NCBI GenBank assembly: GCA_010909165.1
Contig: MU008185.1
Coordinates: forward strand, 682,001-746,000
Origin: Anthoceros angustus
Taxonomy: Eukaryota; Plantae; Anthocerotophyta
DNA length: 64,000 bases
Direction of reading: 5' to 3'
The position numbers were made by a program, and so were the translations under genes. The notes under the pieces are model-generated. The model did not search any database. It saw nothing but the letters and a program-made list of their open reading frames with translations, and was not told the DNA's origin. Positions 36,846-48,302 of this stretch are shown here, piece by piece. The stretch's first letter is position 1; every line of letters begins with the position of its first letter.

Positions 36846-38469
36846 AATTTAAGACAAATGTGTCATACATTTCACAAAAGAGTGAGGTAAATATACATTT
36901 CATGAAATACTTTGAAGGCATGAGAATATACTTGAATTTTGGATAAATCATTTGAGATAAATTATTCATGTGATTAACTTGGGTTTTCCACATATATTTG
37001 AAATCATCTCCAAAGCAATTGCAAAGGAATGAACCAAATGATGTAGTACATGTGTTTCAAAGGAGATTTAATTTTTATTATCTTATGGTTTTGTTGGACA
37101 CAAGCAATTTCAATGGCGAATAGACATTGTCATTGATATAGGAATTTTGTTGACATTGTTATTGGTGTAGAAATTTTTGGTGATATTATAATTGATACAG
37201 GAATTTTGGGTGATACACTATACACTTCTGTGAGAGAGTTATTATCTAGCTACTCAGCACATGTGGGACCAGAAGATGAACATTTATTTATTAAAAAATA
37301 ATATATTATTAAAAATTCAAGATATATAATTATTAATTTTAGAATCATAAAAAGCATGATTGCTTTATAATATCTATTTTATTTTAATAAAATTGATGAA
37401 AAATTATGCAATGGATGGATTCTACAATATGTGTTAGGATATAGTAATAAATTTTGATAGCTTAAAAATGATAGATGTCGATTTTAAAAAATATGTATCA
37501 GATATATAGGAATATTCATATATAATAATAATAATATAAATATATTAAATTAGGGTTCATGAACACAAAGTTGTGACGATTGATGTAAGAGGAGGGTTGT
37601 CTTTCTTTTAGAATAGAACCCTTCACATGTTATCAGGTGAATATTTTAGTATCCAAATGCAACACATCAAGATATATTAAATTGTAAGGAATGAAGCACG
37701 TAATTCCAATATGAACATAGTTTGTGAAAGCATATGCAAGCTACAACAACTTTTGTTGGATTCTTTGAAGGCAATTTGAGATACCATGCCTTGCCTTGAG
37801 GTTTCCGATTAGTGGATGGTGAAGCATCCATTTCCATGCCCATGGACCCATAAAAGAAGAGGTGTGGATGCCTTTACTTACACTGAATGCTTCCTTTGTT
37901 CTTCAGCTAGGAAGCCATAGAGCGGAGGAGGGGGACTTATTTGTGTGTAGGGCTAGCCGCATACAAAATTTATATAGAAGGTGGAAGGGGTCGAAGAGGG
38001 GAGGGGTAGGTGGGTAGGTGACATGAATGAATTCTCCCAGGAAAACGGCGAGAAAAGCAGGAAAATGGAAGAACAAGTCCGGTTCAGGATCCCCAAAAGT
38101 CACTTCATCTCTAGGCGAGCTTTCTTACTCCGATTCCTGGTCAAAGCATGGCGTTTCTTTTGGCATTACCAACCCATCTTTCGCCATACACGGTTGCTAG
38201 GGGGTTCAGATGCAAAGATGGACTCGCAGCGATTCGATCAAGCTCCCAATCACGCCAATGAATAATCAACCTCGCTCAAGCGTTGCCAAATTCAAATTCA
38301 AAAAACAAAAACCCAAGTCTGAATGTGAATGAAGTGCTGCTGCTGTAGTGTAGGAAGGGAGTGTAGGATGATGGGTAGAGAGCATGGGAGTGGGAGATGG
38401 GTGATTGTAGATAGGTAGAGAAGATGCAGCTGTTACCACAAGTGTGATGATCATCACACGCAGTCAAGC

Positions 38470-41095
38470 ATGGGCTGTTCAGGATCCAAAACCGTCCAAG
38501 ATGCTTCCCTTCAGACAACAGCTGGCTCGGAGGGGAAAAAGAAATATGGAAAGGCTGGCACCCCACGAGTGCCTCCTGGAATGGGTCCCTCGTTCCCGAC
38601 TCACACGGACATGGGGTGCCCCCCTCTCCCGGACCATTCTCACGACCACTGCAACGCTAGTCACAAGACCCATCCGTCCTCCAACAGCCCATACGGAGAG
38701 AAGATGGTAGAACAACATGAGAAAACGATGCAGGGCCAGCAGGCTGGCCCCGACCTCGAAGGCCGCCCCGATTTCGTGGTGCCCATTCCCCTGCCGCAGC
38801 CCTTCCACCCCAGAATCCTCACCGAGATCTCGCTTCCCCGCCATGTGCCCAGACCCTACCCGCAGCTTGGCAACTACGACCCCATGGCGGCTGCCAAGAG
38901 GTTCTGTCCCCAAGCCCCTTCATGTCCGAACGGGCACTCGGCCCCTTAATGCCCCCTTGGTTCCTTCCTCCCTCCTTCCCTCCCTCCCTCTCTCCCTCCC
39001 TCCTTCCCTCCCTTCCTCCCTCCCTGCCTGCCTTCCTTCCTTCCTTCCTCCCTTCCTTCCTTCTTGCGTATGCCTGCCCCTTCCAAGTTCCCTTCCTTGT
39101 TGCACCGCCACTGACTCCAATCAGCCGTGCTTTGATTTTCTTCGTCTTTGGATGAGTGCAGGAGCAAAAGCAGGAACATGATCCTCTTATTCGGTAAGAA
39201 ATTGCTGCTCCCGCTACCAACTTGGTCCTGGTCCCTGGTCCTTGTCCTGTCAGCCGAGCTCACGCTTCTTTCTTCTTTCTTCTCCCCTGACTTTTCCCTT
39301 TCCACGAGATTGGAAGTTGGCACGCTCGTCGTACGCCTCGCCTCCTGTGACGCTCACACGCTGCAAATTGCTTTCCAGGTGGTCCTGGTTGTGGCAAAGA
39401 GACCTACTCTGCCAAACTAGCGGCAGAGTTTGGGCTCACGAACATTTCCCTCGGAGAGTTGCTGCGTGCTGAAGCGCGCAAGAACAACTCCGAGGGGTTA
39501 GAATGCGAGAAATCCATCAAAGATGGCCAACTGGTGCCATTCTCCGTTGTCATGGGCTTGCTGGAAGCGGCCATATTTGCTGCCCCGAGCAGAAATTTTT
39601 TGATCCAAGGATTTCCCCGCACTGTCGACCAGGCCACGGCCATTCAAGAGGTTGGTTCCTTCCGCTCCCGCTTTCTCGCATCTCCCGCACCTACACATGG
39701 ATGGATGACAGAATGAATGAAAAGAATGAATGACACCTGAGCTTCTTGCAGCTGGGGAAGCCCAAGCTTGCAATATTTCTGGAATGCTCGGCCAAGGAGC
39801 TGGAGAAGCGGCTCCTCAAGCGTGCAAAAGCCAGCGGACGCACTGACGACACTCCGGAGATCATCGCCAAGCGGCTCGAATCCTTCCGCCTGGAAACGCT
39901 GCCTGTGCTGGATTTCTACGCCCAAGACACTTCAACGCCTCTTAAGAAGGTGGGTGTTGGAGGTTTACACAACATTGTCCTCTCTGAGAGAATGCCAAGC
40001 CTGGGCTGCTGACGGATTGTCGGCTTGATTTTGCAGGTGTCCATCGATGGCTTGCTAAAATCGGAAGATAAGATTTACAACGAGCTGTCACAGGCTGTGA
40101 ACAATGTGTTTTTCCCCATGAGCTTGCAGACCACGTTCGTCTTGCTACTAGGTGAGTAAAAATTTCGCTTGCAACTCTGCGCTGCCGCGTGCGCTTTTCT
40201 CCTGCACCCAGTCTGATGGGTGGAAATTGTTGATGGTGCCTCGCAGGCGGGCCAGGCTGTGGGAAGGGGACGCAGTGCGGACTGTTGGTACGTCAAACAT
40301 CTTTTCTCTGTGGAACTAATACATTTGGTCTTGGGGTCGCCGGGTCATGCTTGCCTGTTTTGTGACCACCTCAGCCTGTTTTCGACGAGCTTGTCTTCCA
40401 GGTTGAGGACTTCGGGTTTCATCATTTGTCAACAGGAGACTTGTTGAGGGAGGAAGTGAAAAAGGGCAGTGACATTGGGAAGAAATGCGAGAAGTTGATG
40501 AAAGATGGGAAGCTTGTGCCCCTGTCCATCATCTCTCAGTTACTCCAGAGAGCAATAGTTTCGGCGCAAAGGAAGAGCTTTTTAATCGACGGCATCAAGA
40601 CAGTGGACCAGGCAAAGGAGTTCGACTCCAAGGTTTGAGGCACATACCATTTTTTTGCGCTCCCGCTTTCCAGCTCCTGTCCTCTTTGTCTTACCTTTAT
40701 TAACACCGGCCTCTCAGGTGGGTAAGCCAACGACCGTGATACTCTTGACTTGTTCCCCGGAGGTGATGGAGGAGAGGCTTCTTAAACGAGCCGAGACATC
40801 CGGTCGGTCGGATGACAACCCAAAGACTATAAAGAAGCGGATTGATGGGTTCAACACAGATTCCAAGGTCTTGATTGAGTATTACAAGAAGACCGTACCT
40901 GATGCTTTCTTTGAGGTTAGCTACGGAGCTTTCTTTTTCTCCTCGCCCATTTCTCACTGAAGAGAGCTTGAACGTGGAGTGTCACTGGATGGGTTTCAGG
41001 TTGCTGCTGAGAGATCACAGGGCGATATTTACCAAGAAGTGAGGACCCTTGTCGAAAAGAAAACCAAGAAGACAACCAAAGCGGACAAAATGTAA
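38470..41095 (+). CDS. Double-domain adenylate-kinase-like protein A (both domains degenerate), probably with the MGCSGSK ORF as exon 1
   Basis: Exons 39162-39193, 39379-39650, 39752-39949, 40037-40151, 40247-40287, 40402-40632, 40718-40915, 41000-41095 give two NMP-kinase domains (GGPGCGKE.., GGPGCGKGT.., RxDD LID). Joining 38470-38900 (AG|GT donor, phase 2) is inferred; the 38470-38949 ORF could instead be a separate 159-aa gene. Confidence 0.75.
38958..39065 (+). repeat. CCTT/CCCT microsatellite
   Basis: Directly visible pyrimidine tract. Confidence 0.9.
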
Positions 41096-41519
41096 CTATT
41101 GAAGAAACCAGTTGCTGAATGTTGTTTGCTGATAAGACTAGATAGTTTTCAAGTGTGAATGTATGGGATGACCACTGGTGGAGGCAGTGTCATATCCAGA
41201 GTGTTAATGAAAGAGAGTGATGGGAAGTGTACGTAGTAGGGTAACTTTGGAGGTGACGTGTTGGGAACCAAGATGATTTGCGGCTAGTTGAGCGTAGGAA
41301 TACCTCAAATGTTTACTGATCTATTCTCAGCACTAATTCATGCTTCTTTCCCTCACCAGTAACTCCGAGTGAACTTCATATTGTGCATCTCTGCCTTTTC
41401 TGTCAGGGTATTGCTAGCTGGCATCTGCATTTGCCGTTCCATCTTGCACATCTGGTGTGCTTCATTTTGTGGACAATTCAGATGGTTACAGAGTTTTGGC
41501 TGTCCGTCTGAGTCTGAAG

Positions 41520-43547
41520 ATGTCTAGGGCTTGGTCAGCGCGAACGCTAACAAGGAAAAGGCCTTGGAGGCCGTAAAGAAAAGACAAGGGGGGCGCGACT
41601 CACAGACTATTCTTTTTGTTCTTGGTAAGTCTTGACAGCTTTGGAATCTCCTGGTTTTCTTATCATCTCCTGGTTTATGGTCGTATTTCATGTGTTGGAC
41701 GTTCCCAGGGGGGCCTGGCTGTGGTAAGGGCACACAGTGTGAGCGAATTGTGGCTGATTTTGGGTTCAAACATCTTTCTGCGGGAGATCTGCTAAGGGCG
41801 GAGGTGAAAAAGGGGTCCGAACTTGGACGGAAATGTGAAGCACTAATGAAAGAGGGCAAGCTCGTGCCAGCTGAGGTTACATTGAATATGCTGCAGAAAG
41901 CGATGGCTGGTTCTCGCAATCGTCGGTTTCTCATTGATGGATATCCTCGTGCTGTTGATCAAGCTAAAGCTTTTGAGCAGCAGGTATATTTTCCGTCGGT
42001 TTCTAATCCCTGAGGACTGCCTGACTCATGCACACCTTCCTCACTGCTCGGTGTCGATGGACATGCAGGTGGGACGACCTAGATTGGTCATCTTCTTGGA
42101 TTGTCCCCTAGACACAATGCAACAGAGGCTGATGAAGAGAGGAGAGACTAGCGGGCGGAGTGATGACAATGCCGAGACTATCAAGAAGAGATTCAACACT
42201 TTCCAAGCAGAGTCTCTTCCTGTGGTAGCTTACTATCAGAGTTTAGCATCTGATCTGGTGATGACGGTAAGCGCTTTCACATGTACGCGGACTTTCTGCC
42301 CTGGCAGCACTTTCTTGGGACCACAGCAAAGACGTCACAGTTGAACTTATCGATATTAAAGTGCAGCATCCCGTCAGGTTTCATCGGTTCCGCCGCCAGA
42401 CAAAGTTTATAAAAGCATCAACAGCATGCTGTCTGCACTGAGACCCACTTTTGCCAAGACAGTACCGAAATCAGATCTTTCAATGACTGTTTTCATCCTT
42501 GGTATGCCTGTCACCGTTTTTCTTGCATTAGTTTAAGTGCATCAGATCTTCACCGGAATTCACACGTCAATATAGATCTTTCCCATATCCCATATCCCAT
42601 AGTGTGAGAAGACCGTCAAGACAGATATTACCATATTTCTTATTTCTTGCCAGCATCTACTTTCTGCTGTATGCTTGTTTGCAGGTGGACCCGGCTGTGG
42701 GAAAGGTACGAACTGTGAACGATTGGTATGACAATTCTTCCCCGAAATTCTCCGACCACACTTACCGAACACTTGCTTGACATGACTGAAAGATGATAAG
42801 AAATCATATCCTAGGTGGAGGACTTCGGGTTTGAGCATCTATCAACAGGCGATATGCTTAGGAAGGAGGTTAAATCAGGCTCTGTAATAGGCAAAACCGT
42901 ATCAAAAATCATGGAAGGAGGCCAGCTGGTGCCTATTGAGATTACCATGGAGATGCTGAAATGGGCAATGGTCGGTGCAGAGAACAAGTTTTTCCTTGTT
43001 GATGGCTTCCCAAGAGCTGTTGCCCAGGCCAAACAGTTTGATGCCAAGGTTTTTAGCGGAACTGCATTGAAAACTGCTTGGTCACCAGATTTAGTTGAAC
43101 AGGCAGAGAGTTAAGTTCAAGTGGCGGGGAGAAGTTATGAGTTATCTCAAGCTCTCTGTCTATGCAGCTGGGAAGACCACACCTGGTCATCTACCTCGTG
43201 TGCTCAACTGAAGTGATGCAAGAGCGGTTGCTCGAACGTGGGAAGTCATCTGGGCGTGCAGATGACAATCTGGACACCATCAGGAGCCGACTAGAGACAT
43301 TCCTTGCCGAGTCAAAACCAGTCGTGGATTACTACAAGAGGAAGGCTCCGCAGATTGTGAAAGAGGTGCGAAACAACGCAACCGTGGTTACAGCTTTTCT
43401 CCTCAGCTCTTTGGGCTGAGCGTAAATTGGTGTACGCTGACATGCTATGAGTTGCAGGTCTCGGCGGAAAGAAATGTAGATGAAGTTTATGAAGAAGTTA
43501 AAGCCATAGTTGCGGAGGAGATTGCTCATGGCAAAGTGAAGCATTAA
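41520..43547 (+). CDS. Double-domain adenylate kinase B (short-LID AK1/AK5 - UMP-CMP kinase fold; catalytic motifs intact); start codon unresolved
   Basis: Domain 3: [37 protein letters not shown]. Domain 4: [37 protein letters not shown]. Stop TAA at 43545-43547. Confidence 0.85.
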
Positions 43548-45029
43548 AATGTCTAGGGGGGTACAGGGACGAGCGTCACCCCCTTCTATCCCTGGCGATT
43601 ACGAATAACCCTGGAGGCCAAACCCGCTGTGTTTCACCCCCCATATATGTAGGTAAATATGTTCTGAAAACGTTATATCGAGAGGTATGGAAACTTTGTA
43701 AAATTTGCAGAGATGGACACTTGTTTCATACACGATTTGACGGCCAGCCGTAAAAATCAGGTGGCCAGGTGCGGGGCCCACTGACTCCCTCGTGCAGAGG
43801 GGGCATGACCATGTAGTCCATACCCGCACAATCTGCCGTATCATATGTATATACCTCTGTATGCCACCGGCAACCCGGGTCATGCCAGACCCAACAATGG
43901 CAACCCGGGTCACGCCAAACCCAACAAGGGTTACCCATTTCCCGTTGCGAGTCTCCCAACTTTTGGAGGCAGCGGGCAGCGAACTACACCAAATTTGAGT
44001 CGAAATGTGACGAGTCGCAGGGCCGGGCAGGGCAGGGCAGGCCGGGGCCGGACGCACATGGCTCCAGTCCTGCCAACTCCACGAGGATCCCGACGTCGTT
44101 GGCGCTGCCATGTCTGAGAACATGGGCGCCCGCTCCGGAAAGACGGGCCTCAAACTTGACGCTCCCGCGGAGGCCCGCGCCTCAGTACGGCGCTTCTCAC
44201 GCGCCGTGGGAATCCATGACGAATCTGGTGCCCGCACCCCAGCTACAGTACAGAAGCAGGCAGGCTGCCTTCTCACTGCTGGCAAGACAGACGCCCGCGG
44301 CCCGGCGCGCCAGCCCAGGTTGCAGGCCTGCAGGACGTCCTGACTCCGCTTTCACGCTTCCTCCGCGCCCGGCTTTGTCACGGTGTCGTCGTCGTCGCCC
44401 TGTCGAGTCTGCGATACAGCACTGGGGCAGGCGGACCGTGCGAACGAGTCGCGTCTCATCAGCGATCGAATCATTGTAGCAAAGCACTCAACATTTCCCA
44501 CTGGCGCTGTCACCGGCCGCGGGGGCCGGGCCGGCCCAGGACAGCCTCTCATCACTGTAATCCTGCTTCCATGGAAACTGCCTTCTCCTTCCCGCGGCGG
44601 GAGTCGGGACACACACAGCGCCGTGCCCCTCCACGCGCCGCCTCGCTTGCCCCACCAGCTCGGATTGTTTTGTTGCCAGTGCCACCCCCTTCCCGCCTCC
44701 AGCTGGGCCCCGCCTTGCTCCTCCCGCTCCGCCCGGTCCCAGACTCCCAATCCGCGCTTCTTTGTCTGCTTGCTCCCGCGCCTCGTCCTTCTGCCCGCTG
44801 CACATGCTGGGCGGCTTGATTGCGCCATCTTTGTGGGTGATTCGGGCCATTTGGTGGGCGGTTCGGGCCATTTGGTGGGCAGGTCGGGCGTTTTGAAGGA
44901 AGTGAGGGAGGGAGGGAAGAGGAGAGGAGAGGAGAGGGGAGCTTGGGGGTCTGTGGTGGGCGCGTTGGGTTTTGGAATCTTGGCATCTGCTGCTGGTGGG
45001 GAGTCTGGGGGGGAGTGATCTTGACTGCC

Positions 45030-45074
45030 ATGAGGGAGCTTCTTGTGGGCGATTGCAGACGGCGTTGGGTGTGA
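45030..45074 (+). promoter_or_regulatory. 14-codon upstream ORF whose stop abuts the kinase ATG
   Basis: gccATG AGG GAG ... GTG TGA ATG: the stop at 45072-45074 is immediately followed by the in-frame kinase ATG at 45075. Confidence 0.5.
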
Positions 45075-46475
45075 ATGGGGATTCTCTGTACGTCCAGCAG
45101 CTATGATGTGAGATGCCGGGGGGTCAGGGGTGGGAGGAAGGAGCCGTGGAAATTGAAGGTGTTCGATTTCCACGACTTGGAGACTGCCACCGGGGGCTTC
45201 GCAGCTGATCATCTGCTGGGGAAGGGGAGCCACGGCTGTGTGTACAAGGCCACGCTCAAGAATGGGAAGCAAGTGGCTGTGAAGAGGCTCACCTTCGGGC
45301 GGCGGAGGAATCAGGAGGAGGGGGCGTTTGACAATGAATTGGAGATTTTGTCGCAGGTGCGGTGCAATCGGCTCGTCAACCTTATCGGCTACAGCGACAA
45401 TTCTGTGGAGAAGCTGCTGGTGGTGGAGTTCATGGCCAATGGCACCCTCTACGACCTGCTGCACGGGAATCCGCGGCCGCTGAGCTGGCCCATGCGGCTG
45501 CATCTGGCTCTGCAGATTGCCAAGGCTGTGCTGGCCCTGCATTCGGCCTCGCCTCCTGTCATCCACAGGGATATCAAGTCGCAGAATGTGCTCATCGACT
45601 GCTCTTTCAATGCCAAGCTGGGGGACTTCGGGCTGGCGCTTCGAGGGGATATTGAGGAGGTGATGAGCAAGCCCACGCCACCTGCAGGGACAATGGGCTA
45701 CCTTGACCCTGGCTACGAGTCCCCCAGCCAGCTCAGTGCCAAGATCGATGTGTTCAGCTTCGGGGTTCTGCTGCTGGAGATGATCAGTGGGAGGCAGCCC
45801 ATCGATGTGCTGTACCAGCCTCCCAGGATCGTGGACTGGGCTGTGCCCATCATCAAGAGAGGGAGGTCGTTTGAGGTCTGTGATCCGTGTGTTAAGTCTT
45901 TTGCCTACATCAAGTCCATCAGACAGCTTTCCGCCCTTGCAGCCAGGTGTGTTAGGAAGAACAGTGCCAAGAGGCCTACCATGGCTCAGGTGGTGGATGG
46001 GCTCAAGATCATCAACAGAGGCGTGACCTTGCCTGTGTGGGAGGGTCTTAGCAAACTGGTGAGGTGGAGACTGTGTCCCAGGCAAACAGTTCAGTGCACC
46101 TTGAAAGACGTCTCCGTCAAGTCCCCCAGGAAGTTCCTCAGATCCATCAAGATCTCTGATGAGGCAGCAGCATCAGCAGCAGCAGCAGAGTCTACAAATG
46201 ATGTCCACGCACCAGCTACCGCCCCTCGCACCGTGCGCAAGATCCACTTTGCACCGGAAGTTACCTACATCAGTCCTGAAGCTAGCCTGCTCAACAGCGA
46301 CACTACTCCTCCCAAGAAGCTTAGGAGAAGATCTGACCATGCGCCAAAGACAGAGAGCAGAAATAGCTTGGCAAAGGTGATGTTATTCGTGCATGGTTCC
46401 ACTACGGCAATCACTAAAACGCGGAGTGGAGTGATGGCACATGAGCGCATGAAACCAAAACTCACGTCTAGGTGA
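45075..46475 (+). CDS. Intronless receptor-like cytoplasmic Ser/Thr kinase (At1g28390/At3g51990-like)
   Basis: LKVFDFHDLETATGGF...LGKGSHGCVYKA, VAVK, HRDIKSQN, DFG, GTMGYLDP, DVFSFG motifs; 466 aa. Confidence 0.93.
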   Translation: MGILCTSSSYDVRCRGVRGGRKEPWKLKVFDFHDLETATGGFAADHLLGKGSHGCVYKATLKNGKQVAVKRLTFGRRRNQEEGAFDNELEILSQVRCNRLVNLIGYSDNSVEKLLVVEFMANGTLYDLLHGNPRPLSWPMRLHLALQIAKAVLALHSASPPVIHRDIKSQNVLIDCSFNAKLGDFGLALRGDIEEVMSKPTPPAGTMGYLDPGYESPSQLSAKIDVFSFGVLLLEMISGRQPIDVLYQPPRIVDWAVPIIKRGRSFEVCDPCVKSFAYIKSIRQLSALAARCVRKNSAKRPTMAQVVDGLKIINRGVTLPVWEGLSKLVRWRLCPRQTVQCTLKDVSVKSPRKFLRSIKISDEAAASAAAAESTNDVHAPATAPRTVRKIHFAPEVTYISPEASLLNSDTTPPKKLRRRSDHAPKTESRNSLAKVMLFVHGSTTAITKTRSGVMAHERMKPKLTSR

Positions 46476-48302
46476 GTCCTAGCTCGTCAGCTGACGAGAC
46501 AAGGGTTATGCTCTCTGCGTAGCCAACACAACACGGCGTTGTTGGTCCAGGAAATCCCACATTGGAACAACGATTCCTGCTCCAACATCCTCAGGTCAGT
46601 CTCAGCTGTTCATATGTTTCACGACATTCTCACATACCCTTGTTCTTCTAAATATAGGTCAGATTCTAGGTGACCAGAATCTCCACAATAGCTGGTCTTT
46701 TGTGTTGAGTACTATGTAGACTAAAGGCATTTTACTAGCACACTCGTCATGTGGCAATGTGAACTAGAACATGTACACTATCTCCAGGTCGGAATATTTC
46801 CAGGCACCCAGGCACACTGTATTGTAAATTCGTAAAGGAGCCGAGATTTTTTCTTGTGGTCTTGCCATTTCACACGCTCTCCGCCTACAATTTGATCCAC
46901 GTATCTTGAGGTCACTTCCCATGACCAGAATGTTGAGCTCGTTTCTCGATATTGCGCTGTTTACAATGAAGTTTTGCCAGAACAGAGAGGAGCATACGTT
47001 GCAGCTGGCAGACTTCGGAAGCGGATGCGATCTCAAAAACTTTTGAGCATGTTCCTCTGTCCGGTCATGAACCATCCAGAAGAACGAGATAGACCTGTGA
47101 TCCGAAGGCCACCAGAGTTGCATCAACGCTTCTAACGTTTGCTACTGCGTTGTCAAGGGAGAGTGTCTTGAGACGACCTCGTCAATCTTGGAGCAGCCTC
47201 GTCCATTTCAAGCTGGGTGACACTCTGCGGGCTTCCGTCCCAATACCGGCGGGGATGGTTCTTAGTTATGTCTCCGCTCACACTAGGTCCTACCGGGGGC
47301 TGCAAGGTCTTCTGACACGAGGATACCTGCCCTGGTACCGATCTAGCTTTTTAGGGCCAGTTCACACACGGGCTAACCATCATTGCAAGTGCGTGCGAGT
47401 CATGGAAGGTTTGGAGTGAATGCGAGAGAGGAATTGCACTGTTGCAATTGTTGGCCGTTGGCCTTCGACGCAAGGCCGGTAGCAGGAGCTGTAGAAGCAC
47501 AACGGATCTGTCACCTGCAGCTACCAGCAAGAGTTGCAGAAGCCCGACGGATTCGTACAGTTGAGTTCGTGTGCATATCTGGCAGATGAAGAAACAGAAT
47601 TAAGCTTCTGCAAATGCTGGTCTATACTTTGCAGGAAGAGGATCCTTCTCCCCTCGCTTTTAAGACGTACTTGTTCCATGTAGGATGGCAAAGACTCCGC
47701 CTAAGAAGATGAGAAACCAACAGAATATTGTCCTGATCAATCATTCGGACAATCTTCACTTCTTCGCATCGGGCAATCCAGGGGTGTCTGTCTGCCAGTC
47801 TGTGCGATGCAAACACGGGCGGACTCGATGCTAAAACGTGTCTAGAGCTTACTAACATGGAATAACCTAAAAAACTAACTAGGTGGGCAGTCTGTTATAA
47901 ATTCTCGTTCACGGGCCAAAGGTCTGTGAAGCGGCTTTCCATCGGTGGAGTGACACTGTTCTACAGTTCCAAGAACGGCATGATCCATATTAGGTTTGGC
48001 ACTTGGGGACACGAAACCCCATCTGTAATTTGTTGTCTCAAAGTATATTCAATAGTATTTCGGTTCCAATTTAATTATCATATCTATGTTAGCCATAAAA
48101 AAGACCAAGTAGGAGAGCTGCCTATATATGAGAGGTGCACCTGTTCCAAAGGGCAATTTCGGTGGTGGAATTTCTGCTGTGAGGCCCAGTTATACGTTCG
48201 GGTCATTCGTTTCGTGTTCACGCCCTTCTACCATTATCGAAGTCTGAGTATGTAACAGGTTAGGGGTGTCAGGCTTGACTATCGATCGGCTCTGGCACGG
48301 CC

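Noticed and set aside
43555-43990. Possible MITE with 30-bp repeats downstream of adenylate kinase B
   Set aside because: No matching second terminus or TSD found.
44352-46085. 577-aa minus-strand ORF
   Set aside because: Antisense shadow of the GC-rich intronless kinase plus its upstream GC-rich region; no recognisable domain.
46760-47860. Short ORFs between the kinase and COX23
   Set aside because: No recognisable motifs and no consistent splice chain found by eye.
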